Shown here one piece after another: positions 20,017-32,600 of a stretch of DNA of 64,000 nucleotides. Each line of letters begins with the position of its first letter. Within the stretch, counting starts at the first letter, position 1. A program made the position numbers and the translations under genes. Below the pieces are notes generated by a model. It worked only from the letters and a program-made list of their open reading frames with translations. It was not told the origin of the DNA and ran no database searches. Location: contig CP129470.1 in the NCBI GenBank assembly GCA_030583685.1, positions 340,345 to 404,344 of the forward strand, in the 5' to 3' direction. Origin of the DNA: Candidatus Dojkabacteria bacterium. GTDB lineage: Bacteria; Patescibacteriota; Dojkabacteria; GCA-002793355.

Positions 20017-21669
20017 GTGTTACAATGTCACACCGTGAACATCTTTCGCAACCAAAAATTCCGTAAAATAATTAAAAAGACTTTTTCTATTATTCTTCCC
20101 GTTTTTTCTACTCTCTTTGTGTTAGGAACAACAGCGCTCATTGTCATCATTATTAACGGATACTCAATTGATATTAACAAACGTACGGTCATCAGAACGG
20201 GTGTATTGAACATTGAAACCAATCCAAGTGATGCTGATATCTTCATCAACGATACCCACTATGGCAAGTCAAACCGAGCGATTTCAAATCTTCCCGTTGG
20301 TGAATATCACGTTACCGTTTCAAAAGATGGCTACCACGCATATACCCGAAAAGTAACAATACTTCATGGCTTGGCTACTCCACTTTCTGTTCCCCTCCTG
20401 AAGGTAAACGAGAAAAAAGAAATTGTAAAACTTTCACAAGACGATCTTATTGCAACCACAACGACAGGCTATTACATACTGACAAAACAGCAACAATTAT
20501 TTGCAGGAGAAACCACCGAAACTACGGGAAGCCCGACCCCAACTTCAACACAGGCCACCCAAACAACGATTACTTATACACTTGGCAGAGTACATGTTAC
20601 AAAACCCTTATTTGATACTGCTCGTCCTGCTATTGACGAAAAAATGACCATCACAACGTTTTCTGCAACACCGATAACCAGCATCTCAATTTCTCCAACA
20701 GGAAAGCTTCTTTATGTGGTACTCACCGACAAAGAAGGTGAATCCTCGGTGTCACTAATACCTTTTAAGAAGGAAACCACGGTCAATGCAAATCTTACCG
20801 ATGTTCGCGCACTCACCAACTACAAGAGAGCAAAAAATACAACACTTACCTGGAGCGATAATGGAGACTATTTAATTATTGAAACCCCGACGCAGATAAT
20901 TTCGTATAACGTTAAGTCAGGAAGTAGAGTGATTCTTGCAGAGAAGAGCGAGTTTGCCTCGAGTGGAGAAAAGGTCATCTGGAGCATGACCAACACAGGC
21001 ATCGTGTTAATTAAAAAGGCTCAAGGAACAGCAACCAACACCTACGAGATTGTCGACATTTCATTTAATGGCAACCCTTTGGAGACGCAGCTTCCAACAT
21101 TATCCTTTGATAAAAAGCCGACACATATTTGGAGTTTCTCAGAAACCGACGCACCACGATTTATTGTAGCAACAACAGCAGGCACGTTTGTCGTGGGAAG
21201 AATTTTTGATGCAAAGTCGGCGGATTATGACATTACCTTGAATAGTACTGCGGTCGATGGCGTCGAGATTCAACATTTCACTAATGATTTTTCGAAATTC
21301 CAGATTTCCGACAAAGAAATCACACAAAAACCTCTCGCGATTACAGGGAAACACCTCCTTGCCTTTTTTGAAGATAAAAATCAAACATTGTTTCTCTTTG
21401 CCTATAACAAAAGAACAGCAGATAAAAGTACTGTTCTTGGCAAAAATAAACTTCTCACACAAGAGCAAGGGTTTACTGAATTACAATCTCTTGCCCACGG
21501 AGCATACTTTCTGAGTAAGCACGAGAATGCGCTTATCGCAACAGATCAAACTGGTGAAAACAGCATTACGTTGCAAGAGAATGTCACATCTTTTGCGCTT
21601 GCTCTCAACGATTCGGCAATTCTTTTCACAGATGATACTCGCACGCTCTGGTTCCGTCCTCTTCGGTAA
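20017..21669 (+). CDS. membrane-anchored PEGA-domain protein with threonine-rich linker and beta-rich C-terminal region
   Basis: TM helix 'IILPVFSTLFVLGTTALIVIIING'. PEGA-like 'NPSDADIFINDTHYGKSNRAISNLPVGEYHVTVSKDGYHAYTRKV'. The start codon is uncertain; the ORF-track start is a GTG. Confidence 0.55.
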   Translation: MLQCHTVNIFRNQKFRKIIKKTFSIILPVFSTLFVLGTTALIVIIINGYSIDINKRTVIRTGVLNIETNPSDADIFINDTHYGKSNRAISNLPVGEYHVTVSKDGYHAYTRKVTILHGLATPLSVPLLKVNEKKEIVKLSQDDLIATTTTGYYILTKQQQLFAGETTETTGSPTPTSTQATQTTITYTLGRVHVTKPLFDTARPAIDEKMTITTFSATPITSISISPTGKLLYVVLTDKEGESSVSLIPFKKETTVNANLTDVRALTNYKRAKNTTLTWSDNGDYLIIETPTQIISYNVKSGSRVILAEKSEFASSGEKVIWSMTNTGIVLIKKAQGTATNTYEIVDISFNGNPLETQLPTLSFDKKPTHIWSFSETDAPRFIVATTAGTFVVGRIFDAKSADYDITLNSTAVDGVEIQHFTNDFSKFQISDKEITQKPLAITGKHLLAFFEDKNQTLFLFAYNKRTADKSTVLGKNKLLTQEQGFTELQSLAHGAYFLSKHENALIATDQTGENSITLQENVTSFALALNDSAILFTDDTRTLWFRPLR

Positions 21670-21743
21670 CGTATAGAATCCTCCCTGTGATTCGTGGTAA
21701 AATAGGTAACTCAGGCAGAACAAATAAGTTCACGAGGTATGTT

Positions 21744-22811
21744 ATGTCAAAGTACGATTACTCCCCTATTTCAGAAAAGGAATACGAAAAACTGGTGTCA
21801 AAGTCTTCCTACCTGACGTTCTACAACTCCCCCGAACGACTCTCATTCATTACTAAGAGAAACAGGAAAACAGGGCTCTTTAAAGTTACCCAGAACGAAA
21901 GTGATATTGCCTTGATTACGTATCAAGTCATTCCTGCGCGAAGCGGTTCCTTTGTCTACTTCCAGCACTCCCCTCTCTTTATTGATCCACGCTGCGCAGA
22001 GGACGCTGGTTTTTGGGAAGAATTTAAAAATTTTGCGCTTACGATTGGTCGAAAAGAACAAGCAGTATACGTTCGTTTAACTCCACGCGTTCCGAATAAA
22101 AAAGAAATTGTTGCCGATATCATGAAGGCGGGCTACAAACGTGCACCGGTTCAGGAATTAGATGCCTGTGTCACAAGAGTAATCACCGTTCCACAGTTTA
22201 AGGAGGAGTATCTTCGCACTGATTTATCCACTTCTCTTGATAAATCTCGCAAAAAGAACATAAAAGTAACCTTTTCTTCCAACGCCCTAGCACTCGAAGA
22301 TTTCGTTTCTATTTATCGAACACTTTCAGCGAAGAAACAAATTGACTTTGTCCCCGTAGACTACCTCAAAGACGAGTTGAAAATCTATCAAGAGAAAAAA
22401 CAATTACTCATTGCGTCGGCTCGAGATGACAAAGATACGTTGTATGCTGCAGCGGCTATCGTTATCCAAGGTACTGCTGCATGGTACTACTGGGCAGCAA
22501 TAACTGATCAAGGAAAAGAACTTGGAGCAGACGTCCACCTTCTTACAGAAGTTATTAAAGAGTTAGACCAACGTGGTATTACCCTCCTTGACCTCTGGGG
22601 CGGCTCAGTTTCGCGCGAAATCTCAGAAAAGGGCTTACCTCACCCCTGGAAATTACTAGACGAATTTAAGCAAGGTTTTGGTGCGACACTAGTCGAATAC
22701 CTTCCTGCAATCGATTTGCCCGTTAAAGCACCTCAATATCTTGCCGCAGTTTTCTATCAGCGAGCACTTATGACGAAGCGTGGGTATCCTTATGTTCCGT
22801 TATCTGCATAA
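21744..22811 (+). CDS. FemAB/FemX-family peptidoglycan branch aminoacyltransferase-like protein
   Basis: Two-lobe GNAT-like length of about 355 aa. C-lobe 'LYAAAAIVIQGTAAWYYWAAITDQGKELGADVHLLTEVIKELDQRGITLLDLWGG' resembles the FemAB acceptor lobe. ATG at 21744 is preceded by GAGGT. Confidence 0.55.
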   Translation: MSKYDYSPISEKEYEKLVSKSSYLTFYNSPERLSFITKRNRKTGLFKVTQNESDIALITYQVIPARSGSFVYFQHSPLFIDPRCAEDAGFWEEFKNFALTIGRKEQAVYVRLTPRVPNKKEIVADIMKAGYKRAPVQELDACVTRVITVPQFKEEYLRTDLSTSLDKSRKKNIKVTFSSNALALEDFVSIYRTLSAKKQIDFVPVDYLKDELKIYQEKKQLLIASARDDKDTLYAAAAIVIQGTAAWYYWAAITDQGKELGADVHLLTEVIKELDQRGITLLDLWGGSVSREISEKGLPHPWKLLDEFKQGFGATLVEYLPAIDLPVKAPQYLAAVFYQRALMTKRGYPYVPLSA

Positions 22812-22846
22812 GATTTCATTGCTGAAGACGCTTCTCCCCGTGCCTG

Positions 22847-23416
22847 TTATTTCTTTGTATATACATAAACGGCATTTCTCCATCCCTGAGAATTCATAGA
22901 AATTTTTTCTTCGGTAAACGCCTTCGATTGCATCGGAAAGACATACGAAACCACACGAGTCCCAGATTTCAACTCTTTTTCGAATTTGGGTACTAATACA
23001 CGATCCACGAAAGGTGAAAGCATAAACAAAAAGACAACCTCATATGCCTCAAATGAGAAATTGGCTGCATCACCACGAAACAATTGATATGACGAAGATC
23101 GATGGAATAACCACCCACGTAACTTCGCGAAGAGATGCAAAAAGGGATTAATCTCAATACCCGTTACCTGTAACTTCGGATATCGATCAAGGAGCGCAAA
23201 GAGTATTGTCCCCCAACCTGATCCAATATCTACAACCCTTTCATTCCCCACTATTTTTGACGCACGTGCCATTGCGTCGACGCCAGCAGAATCAATCGGA
23301 ACAAAGGGAACAAATAGTTCTTTACGTGTCATTCGATAAAAAAGTGCAGCACTTAAATAGGTGACACCACCAATCCACAAGAGAATTACGATACCAAGAA
23401 TCACGAATTGAAACAT
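22847..23416 (-). CDS. class I SAM-dependent methyltransferase with N-terminal TM helix
   Basis: Motif I 'VVDIGSGWGTILFALL' and 'VTGIEINP'. Confidence 0.55.
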   Translation of the reverse strand: MFQFVILGIVILLWIGGVTYLSAALFYRMTRKELFVPFVPIDSAGVDAMARASKIVGNERVVDIGSGWGTILFALLDRYPKLQVTGIEINPFLHLFAKLRGWLFHRSSSYQLFRGDAANFSFEAYEVVFLFMLSPFVDRVLVPKFEKELKSGTRVVSYVFPMQSKAFTEEKISMNSQGWRNAVYVYTKK

Positions 23417-23470
23417 GTCAGAGAGTAACTTTTTTTTATCAATCTGTCGAGAATATGCGCTTCAAAAAAA

Positions 23471-23542
23471 TGGACCGTGAGGGATTCGAACCCCCGACCG
23501 AGCGATTAAGAGTCGCCTGCTCTACCACTGAGCTAACGATCC
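23471..23542 (-). tRNA. tRNA-Lys (anticodon CTT)
   Basis: Hand-folded from the reverse complement GGATCGT-TA-GCTC-AGTGGTA-GAGC-A-GGCGA-CTCTTAA-TCGCT-CGGTC-GGGGG-TTCGAAT-CCCTC-ACGGTCC-A. All four stems pair. U33 and A37 are present. No CCA is encoded. Confidence 0.8.
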
Positions 23543-23611
23543 ACAAAAGAATTATACACAATTTGAACCGAAATCACCACTCTTGATGACTCTTGCCCGT
23601 CTTTCGAAATA

Positions 23612-26600
23612 CTATTTCTTGAGTTTCTCAAGCTTCTGAACAGGATATACCGTCAACGATTCAGCAATAATTCTGACACTACTCTTTCGTGTGTCTTTTG
23701 GAATCACAAGCCCCTCGGAAGAAATATGTTTCCCAAGTATTTTATAGCCAGAATCCATTACCTGTAAGGTATAAGACTGATTTGCAACAACAAAGTTATA
23801 TTTTCCATTCTTATTGGTAAAAGTGCGCGCAACAAGATTCTTAAACTCTTTATCGTATAACCCAATTTCTAATCCACTAACAATCTTCCCTTCTAGCGTT
23901 AACACTTGGCCAAAAATCTTTGGTTGAGCAAGATAGACCAAAGCCTTCGCGACAAACGTAACGCCATACAAGCCCACGATAACGAAGTTAAAGGTCACGG
24001 GATACATAACGGTAACAACAACACTATACAAAAATCCTGCAAAAAGCATCACCGGGCTGAGTATTGCAACAAAGCTTTCAATTGCAGCAATTACTTTCTG
24101 ACGTGTTGAAACACTACCAGCTTTTTTGAGAGGATCAAGAGGGATTGAAACCATAATGACATCCTCTTCCGACTTGATTTCAATAACTTCACCGGTATAC
24201 ACCTGTGAATATCCCGTATCTTCTTTGCCTTTAACGAGTTTGGATGGGAAAGAATATCCTGATAATGATACTTTTAGTACATATTTGCCTACTTTTGGTG
24301 TTAATTTGAAGATTCCATTTGCATCTGTTACTACGGTATCTACCAGTGTTCCTTTCTGAGCATCCCATAAACGAACGACAACACGAGATAATAGTTTTTT
24401 GGTAACGGCATCGTAAACGACTCCCCATGGTTTTCTGCGCTTACGCCTATCAATAAACCCTAATAGCGCAAACCACAGATTTCCTTGCGCAGCACCAATT
24501 TGTAAAGCGACCGTTTCGAGAGCAATTAAGCCAATGAGCAAGGCTCCTGCACCCTCCCAGGGATAGGTGTTTACAACTTCAACTCTTCGCACCTGTGTTC
24601 TTTTACACCCATCTTTACTTGCGAATAAGGTAATATCATATGATTCTGTAGGAAGTAATGATGCTGCACCCGCAAGAGGAAGAGACCCGCTGAGTGCATC
24701 AATACTCACCCTGTCCGCATTGGAAACTTTCCACGAAAGGGAAATAGGTTCTCCTCGTTTAATGATCCTATTGCTGATAATAAACGACTCAATTATTGGA
24801 CAAGATAAGTCTACAGTGGTTGGGCGAGGTCGCACAAAACGAGTGACCGAAGGTGTGACAACACCAGAGGGGAAGAAAACTTCAGAAACAGTTGGAGGTG
24901 GTGCAACTTGCGAAGAAACGGTAACGACCACCGAGGCAGTTAACGTCCCTCCCCCTTCTAACTGTCCAGAAATAGTATAGGTTGTTTCGCCAATCGGAGG
25001 AGTGACCTGTCGTAATCCTGCAGTTGCAACACTCCCAATTCCATTATTCAAGACAAGATTATTGAGCTGACCGCTTTGCCAGTAAAGCGTTACCGACTGT
25101 CCAAGCGAGACACTCGTCGAAGATGCGCTTAAGGTAATAAACGGCGTTGTTGGACTGATAATCGTAATATTTTTCGAATCAATTAAGACTGGGTTCACAA
25201 CATCTGCGACAGTAATGCTAAAAGTCCCTGATTCAAAGAACTTCCCTGCTTCTGGAAATGATTTAACTCCGCTATCTTCTGAGGTAAACGTATAATTTTC
25301 TGGAAGAATTGCCAGAGAACTTGAGGAACTAAACGTGACAGTCCCCCGATATGAAGTATCAACCTCACCAAATGTGTTTTTTGCGGTTACCGTCAATGAA
25401 ACGGTGTCTGTTAGCTCCATACTGGTTTTGTCTAACGAAAGTTCTAATGTCGCAACAGTCGTGATGGTAAAATCAGCATCGTTTGCGCCATTCCCTCCAT
25501 AGTCTTGCCATTCGCTGGCAAGCCCAGTATCAACATTCAGTGTTCTCACTCTCCATTTGTACGATGCTCCCATCTCTAAATTACTTGCCGTAACCGATAA
25601 AACAACTGGAGGTCCACCTGTAAAGTTCACCGTATTCGATTCATAAATATTTGTAGTACCCGTAAATGATTGATTCGTCTTTTTTAATTCAACTTGAATT
25701 TTTAATCGTTTTGGCGAAAAAGATCGAGCACCTGCGTCATAGGCATCTGCTTTTAAGGTCACAGTTGTCCCGTTAATGACACCACCGACAGGAATCACAC
25801 TTTCAACAACATTTTGCACATCCCCTTGCGCCATACGCTCAGCAGATGCAAATCGGGGTAACGGCCCACCAGGAATACTGCTCCCAACTTCTCGTAACTC
25901 AAATTGCTCTCGATATAACGATGGCCAAGGAACAGAGTTTGGCTCTGGCGGGAAAGTTCCCACCTGACCGACCTGTGCACCATAATTTAACATATCGGCA
26001 GGAACACCCTCTTGTACCGAAACTGTTCCCGTAACCTCACACGGACCAATATTGTATAAGATTGAAACACGTCCACCACCACCGCTTCCACCGTCAATAT
26101 CACTGTTTCCCCCTGCACCACCCTGTGCAAGAAGATTTCCTGAAATTGTGCAGGTATTTCCGTGAACTAAGATTGAACCACCTGCACCACCACCGCCACC
26201 AGGAGAGCTAACCTTACCTTCAGCACCACTCATATTGATACTTCCAGCAATAACGACATTTCCCTCAACAAACTCATCATCGTCGTTTAAGTAACCTCGC
26301 GCAATTACTCCAAAGGCGCCACCACCTGCGCCACCTTGCGCTCCAGCACCAGAGGTTCCACCACCTGCACCAAGTGTCAATGGTTGTAACTGATCTCCGA
26401 ACTTAAGCCCACCAGCTGCAGGAATGTTTGCTCCATCTGATTGTCCTGCACCACCATCTCCACCGTTTGCACCACCACCTCCACCAGAATATCCTGTGCC
26501 AACACTGCCTTTTCCAGGACCTTGATCTGAACCAAATCCAGCGCCAATCCCCAAGATGAAGGCACCCTCTTCAAGGGTAAAATTACCCTTCAAATCAAAG

Positions 26601-29600
26601 AGTACGCCTCTCCCCTGAACAAGATTACCTGCGTAATCATAATAGGACTCAGAAGGATTAGTTGCCGTCCATACAGTCACATTCTTACCAATATGTACGG
26701 TATTAAGCAGGTACATTCCTGCTGGTATAGTTGCACTTCTCCCCGCTCGATCGTCGTTACGAATATACAAACTACCTTGATTGTGTGGATTCTCAGAAAC
26801 TACTGCAACATAGACTGTTCCTGGACCACCAGAGGTATTGACTGTTCCGCCGTAAGCGTGAGCATTGGTTGCACTTTCCGCGGGGAAATTACCCTCAGTC
26901 ATATAAAGTGCGATACGACCACCGCCACCGCCTCCTCCTTGGTTAATTCCCGATCCATTTCCTCCATTTGCTTCAAAGATACCAGTACCGTTTAAGATAC
27001 TCGTTTCAACATAAATGCTTCCTCCTGAACCACCACCACCATGATCAATTAGTCCGATTTGCACCCCATTCAGACCGTTCGCTTCAACCTTTCCATTGTT
27101 GGTAAATACTTCAGAAACAAGAAGTGACATAGCACCGCCACCGGAATTACTTCCGCCACTGCCCAGATGCTTTGGTTCAAAGAAAGAACCATAGCCGGGA
27201 GCAGGATCTCCGGAACCATATCCAGCTCCATATCCCCCATAAGACCCACCTTTTGCACGAATCGAATAGCCGTGGCCCTGTTCTGTTGCATATCCTGTTC
27301 CTGTTGCGGTAATTACGCCACCATTTTCTATGGTCAAATTCTGAAATTGTGCAGTTGGACCATAATCGTTGTTCCAGTTTCCGTCTCCATTATTGTAGGA
27401 GTTCATCGTTATCGTTCCATTACTTTTTACCGTTACATTGGCAAATTGATATGAAACTGTATCGTCATACCACCACGTCTTGCCATACAGCGTTAAACCA
27501 CCAGCGTTTGTACCACCAATCTCAATATCTGCTAGTCCGATCGCTCGGCCATTTATTCCCAAATCAACACCATCAATATACAGCAGTTCCCCTGCGGTAT
27601 AAGAGAGAACGCCACTCACTTTAAGTACAGGCTTTGTATTGTCTCCGGTCATCCCTGCACCACTGGTAATAGTCAGAACACTATTCTCACCAATTACCTC
27701 AAGATGTCCATAACCTGTTGCGCGAATTTGTTTAAATTGATACTGATCTTGCGGTAAACCTGCAGACATAGAGTTGTTACCTCGATTGTCTACAAGAAGC
27801 ATACCTCCTTGTTCTTCATCTGTGGCTGTGTTTTCGACATACACCGTACCTGGACCACCGACTTGATTGTGTGTTCCCCCATATGCATGAACATTTGAAG
27901 GATTTGTTACGGGAAAGTTTCCACCACCCATATACACTGCAATTCTTCCTCCTGAACCACCTCCACCATGATTAATTCCTGCACCATTCCCACCATTTGC
28001 TTCCATGATACCTGTACCATTCAAGGTGCCTGCGCGAACATAAATACTTCCTCCCGAACCGCCTCCACCCGATTGCGTGAGATTAATTTGTACACCTGCT
28101 AAACCATTTGTTTCAATCTTCCCATTATGAGTAAAGGTCCCAGAAACGATTAAAGTCAATGCACCACCTCCGACATTACTTCCTGGACTACCAAGACTCG
28201 ATGGCTCATACACACTTCCATGAGGAACCGCCGATTTGCCTTCTCCAAATGCATCCGCACCGTATCCACCATATGCACCACCATTATAATTGTAGGAAAA
28301 ACCTGCTCCTTGACCGACAGGATATCCTTGCCCAGTTGCCGTAATTACACCACCGTTCTCGACTTCAAGGTTTTCAAACTGCACTGTTGGACCGAAATCG
28401 TTTGCCCAATTGTTGTCACCATTATTATAGGAATTCATTGTTACAGTACCGTTATTTTTGACGACAACATTTCTCAATTCGTATTGACGCTCTTGGTTGT
28501 ACCACCAGGTTTGCCCGTAGAACGACATTCCTGCAGCATTACTTCCACCAATTTGGATATCTTGAAGTCCTTCAGCTTTTCCATTTAATCCAAGATCAAC
28601 GCCATCTATGTGTAAGACCTCCTCACCAGTATATGCCAAGGTTCCCGATACTTTAATAACCGGTTTTGTGTTATCACCATTTAATCCCGCACCACTGGTA
28701 ATAGTAAGAACACTGTCGTCTCCGAGAAACTCAACATGTCCATATCGCGTTGTTTTAATTTGAGTAAAGGAGTATTCGCCTGTAGGAACGCCTGCAGACA
28801 TAGTGTTATTATTTCGGTTATCAACCAAAAGCATTCCTCCGAGCGCAGCATCTGATGAAGTATTTTCAACATAAATTGTTCCCGGACCACCCGCTTGATT
28901 GTGAGTTCCACCATACGCATGAATATTGGTTGGATTGGTTACGGGATAATTTCCACCACCCATGTACACGGCGATTCTTCCCCCAGAGCCACCTCCACCT
29001 TGATTAATTCCTGCACCGTTTCCACCATTTGCTTCCATAACACCGGTTCCATTTAATGTTCCTGCTCGTACATAGATACTTCCTCCGGCACCACCTCCGC
29101 CTTGTTGAGTAAGATTTATCTGTCCACCGACAAGTCCATTCGCTTCAATTTTTCCGTTATGAGTAAACGTTCCTGAAACAAACAATGACAGTGCTCCTCC
29201 ACCTCGATTGCTTCCAGAACTTCCTAAATGAGTTGGCTCATAGACACTACCGTACGGTAACGCTGCCTTTCCTTCTCCGAATGCATCTGCGCCATATCCT
29301 CCGTAAGAGCCACCATTGTAATTAAAGGAAAAGCCTGCACCCTGTCCAACTTGATATCCAAATCCTGTTGCGGTAATCAATCCACCGCTTTCTACTTCAA
29401 GATTTGTAAATTGTACCTTTGGACCATAATCATTATTCCAATCAGTATCTCCATTATCGTGTGGATTCATCGTCATCGTTCCATTACTCTTGACAATAAC
29501 ATCTCCTAATTCATAGGGAACATTCTGATTATGCCACCATGTTTGACCATAAAATGACATTCCTGCCGCATTTGTTCCTCCGATTTGAACATCCGTCAGA

Positions 29601-32600
29601 CCGAGAGCACGACCATTAATTCCTAAATCAACACCGTCAACCTGTAACGTTGTTCCGCCGGTATAACTCAAAGTTCCCGATACTTTAATCACAGGTTTTG
29701 TATTATCTCCCTGCATTCCTGCGCCGCTTGTAATGGTCAAAATACTTGCATCTCCCAAAAATTCAACATGACCATACGCTGTTGTTTGAATTTCTGCGAA
29801 TGAATAATCTCCTGCAGGAACTCCCGCATACTTTGTATTATTTCCTCGATTATCGACAAAAAGTCTTCCCGCTCTTTCCATATCAGTTGTCGTATTCTCC
29901 ACGTACACTGTACCTGGTCCACCAGCTTGATTGTGTGTTCCTCCGTATGCGTGCATATTCGTTGGATTACCAACCGGGAAGTTCCCGCTACCCATATACA
30001 CCGCGATACGACCTCCTGAACCACCACCACCTTGATTAATACCTGCACCATTGCCACCATTCGCTTCCATGACACCAGAACCGTTCAAGACACCTGCCTG
30101 AACATAAATACTTCCTCCAGCACCACCTCCACCTTGTTGCGTTAGGTTAATTTGTGAACCAACGATTCCGTTTGTTTCAATTTTCCCATTGTGCGTAAAG
30201 GTTCCTGCAACAACAATCTTCATTGCGCCACCACCGTTGCTACTTCCAGAGCTTCCTAAGCTCACTGGTTCATACACACTTCCATTCGGTAACGCTGAAA
30301 GACCTGCTCCAAAGGCATCAGCACCATAGCCTCCATGAGCACCACCGTTATAGGTAAAAGAATGCCCTGCACCAAGTCCGCGCGGATAACCAAACCCGGT
30401 TGCCGTAATTACCCCCCCACTTTCTACTTCAAGATTTTCAAAGTGTACCGACGGACCGTAATCATTTGTCCACACTGTATCTGCATTTTGATAGGAATTC
30501 ATGGTTACTGTCCCATTGTTTTTGACCAAAACATTTCCTAATTCATACGGATTATTCGGATTGTGATACCAGGTCTGCCCATAGAAGGACATTCCCGCAG
30601 CATAGGTGCCACCAATTTGAACATCGCTAATTCCCAGCGCTCTTCCATTAATACCAAGATCAACACCGTCAACTTGTAACGTTCCTCCGCCAGAGTAACT
30701 CAAGGTTCCAGAGACTTTAATAATTGGTTTCGTATTATCTCCTTGTAATCCCTCTGCGCTACTAATGGTGAGTGTACTTCCGTCACCCATAAATTCGACA
30801 TGCCCATGACGAGTGACACGAATTTCTTTCAACTGATAGTTGCCCGCCGTTACCCCTGCAGATTGGACGTTATTATTTCGGTTATCCACCATCAAAACAC
30901 CAGATTGTGTTTGATCTGTGCCTCTGTTTTCAAAATAGACCGTTCCGGCTCCACCATAGACACTCGTTGCGGTCCATCCATTAACGCCTCCAAATGCGCG
31001 AATCTTTTCTGGAGTAAAGGAAAATCCATCGTTAGACTCATAATACACGGCAATTCTTCCACCTGAGGGAGTTGCTAAATCACTTACTGAATTTCCCCCG
31101 TTTGCCTCAATAACTCCAGAACCGCTAATTTGGTTTCCAATATCTAACCAAATGCTGCCTCCTGAGCCACCGCCTTCGCCATTTCCTCCATTTGCTTCAA
31201 TCTTACCATTCACGACCAAATTACCTGTTGTAACAAATTTGACAGCGCCACCACCTGCACCACCTGGGCCATAAATTCTACTTCTACCGCTACTTCCAAA
31301 AGTAATAGGTTCGTACAAATTACCATAAGGAGCTGGACTGCTTCCTCCCCCATAGCCTCCATGAGAACTTCCTGGACCACCACCAACGCCACCTGGGCCA
31401 CGACTTGAGGGCTGAAATCCTTGAGCTGTCGCAGTTATCGTAGCTGTTGACTGAACATTCAAACTATCGCTTAATATCGTGACTCCGTAATCATTTGACC
31501 AGTTTGAATCGCCGTTGTCATATGAGGTTAATGTCCACGTAACATTTGGATCAACCTTCATTGGACCTAGCCCTCGACAATCGAATACCCCTCCGGGAAC
31601 ATCAATTGCTCTCCACGTTTGATTAATATCAATGACAATAGCCGGACATGAACCTGTCGCGGTAACAAAAAGAATAGAATTGGAATAACCAACTCGCCCA
31701 TTCTCATCTGACACTTTAATCTTGATGCTCTCCGTATAGGTATAGGATCCGTTCTGAATTGTCACAACACCACTTTCTGGATCTGCGTAAATCCTGGTTG
31801 TTTCGGTTTGCCCCTCTTCTTCGCCGACTGTTGCAAATTGATTATTCTGCGATTTGTATGTTGCAGCAACCCAAGCAGCAGACCGAGCAACATTTGAGAT
31901 ACGCACCTCGTCTAACTGACCATTAAGGTATGTTTCTCCAAATGTATTGTTTCGGTGTCGACCAATATTAAGTGCCTGTGTCGCAGTATTATTTCTTGTC
32001 CACGTCGTTGTATTTGTTGTATCAAGTACGCCATTTACATACAGTTTGTGACTTGATGCACCTTCATTAACAAAAACAACATGATGCCAATTTCCATCAT
32101 TGATTGTCGCTTGACCAACAAACTCGTCAGCTACAACCGGATTTGTGTTTGAATAGCGATAAAATGCAGGTTTTCCGTTAACCATGTGTAATCGATATTC
32201 CATATGGGTTGTACTCGATGGCCTTGTTTTGGCAATAATTTCTCCATTCTGAGCAGTCGTTTTGACCCATGCCTCCAACGTAAATTGAGCATCCGCGGTT
32301 CCAAATGACAAATTTGCATGATGAGGAATATTGATAAAATCATTCGTCCCATCGAACGTTTGCCCTTCACCAATTTTTCCGGTTGTTGCATTAGGCTCGG
32401 TTGCAGAAACTTTTGTTCCGTTAAATGCATTACTGGTCGAATCCTTTGTCGTTGTTCCACTAGAATCATTCAAATGCTTGACCAGACGGTAATTTGAGTT
32501 CCATGTGCCGGCACTATTTTGTGCACTTTGCGCGGCCTCGTTACCGTAGTACACATACACTGCACCATTCGCAGATTCAGCAGTCACCTGTGGGACCTTA

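Noticed and set aside
23417-23611. tRNA-Lys next to a giant gene as a possible integration site or mobile island boundary.
   Set aside because: There is no integrase, transposase, direct-repeat copy of the tRNA 3' end or phage structural operon in the window. The giant gene is more likely native.
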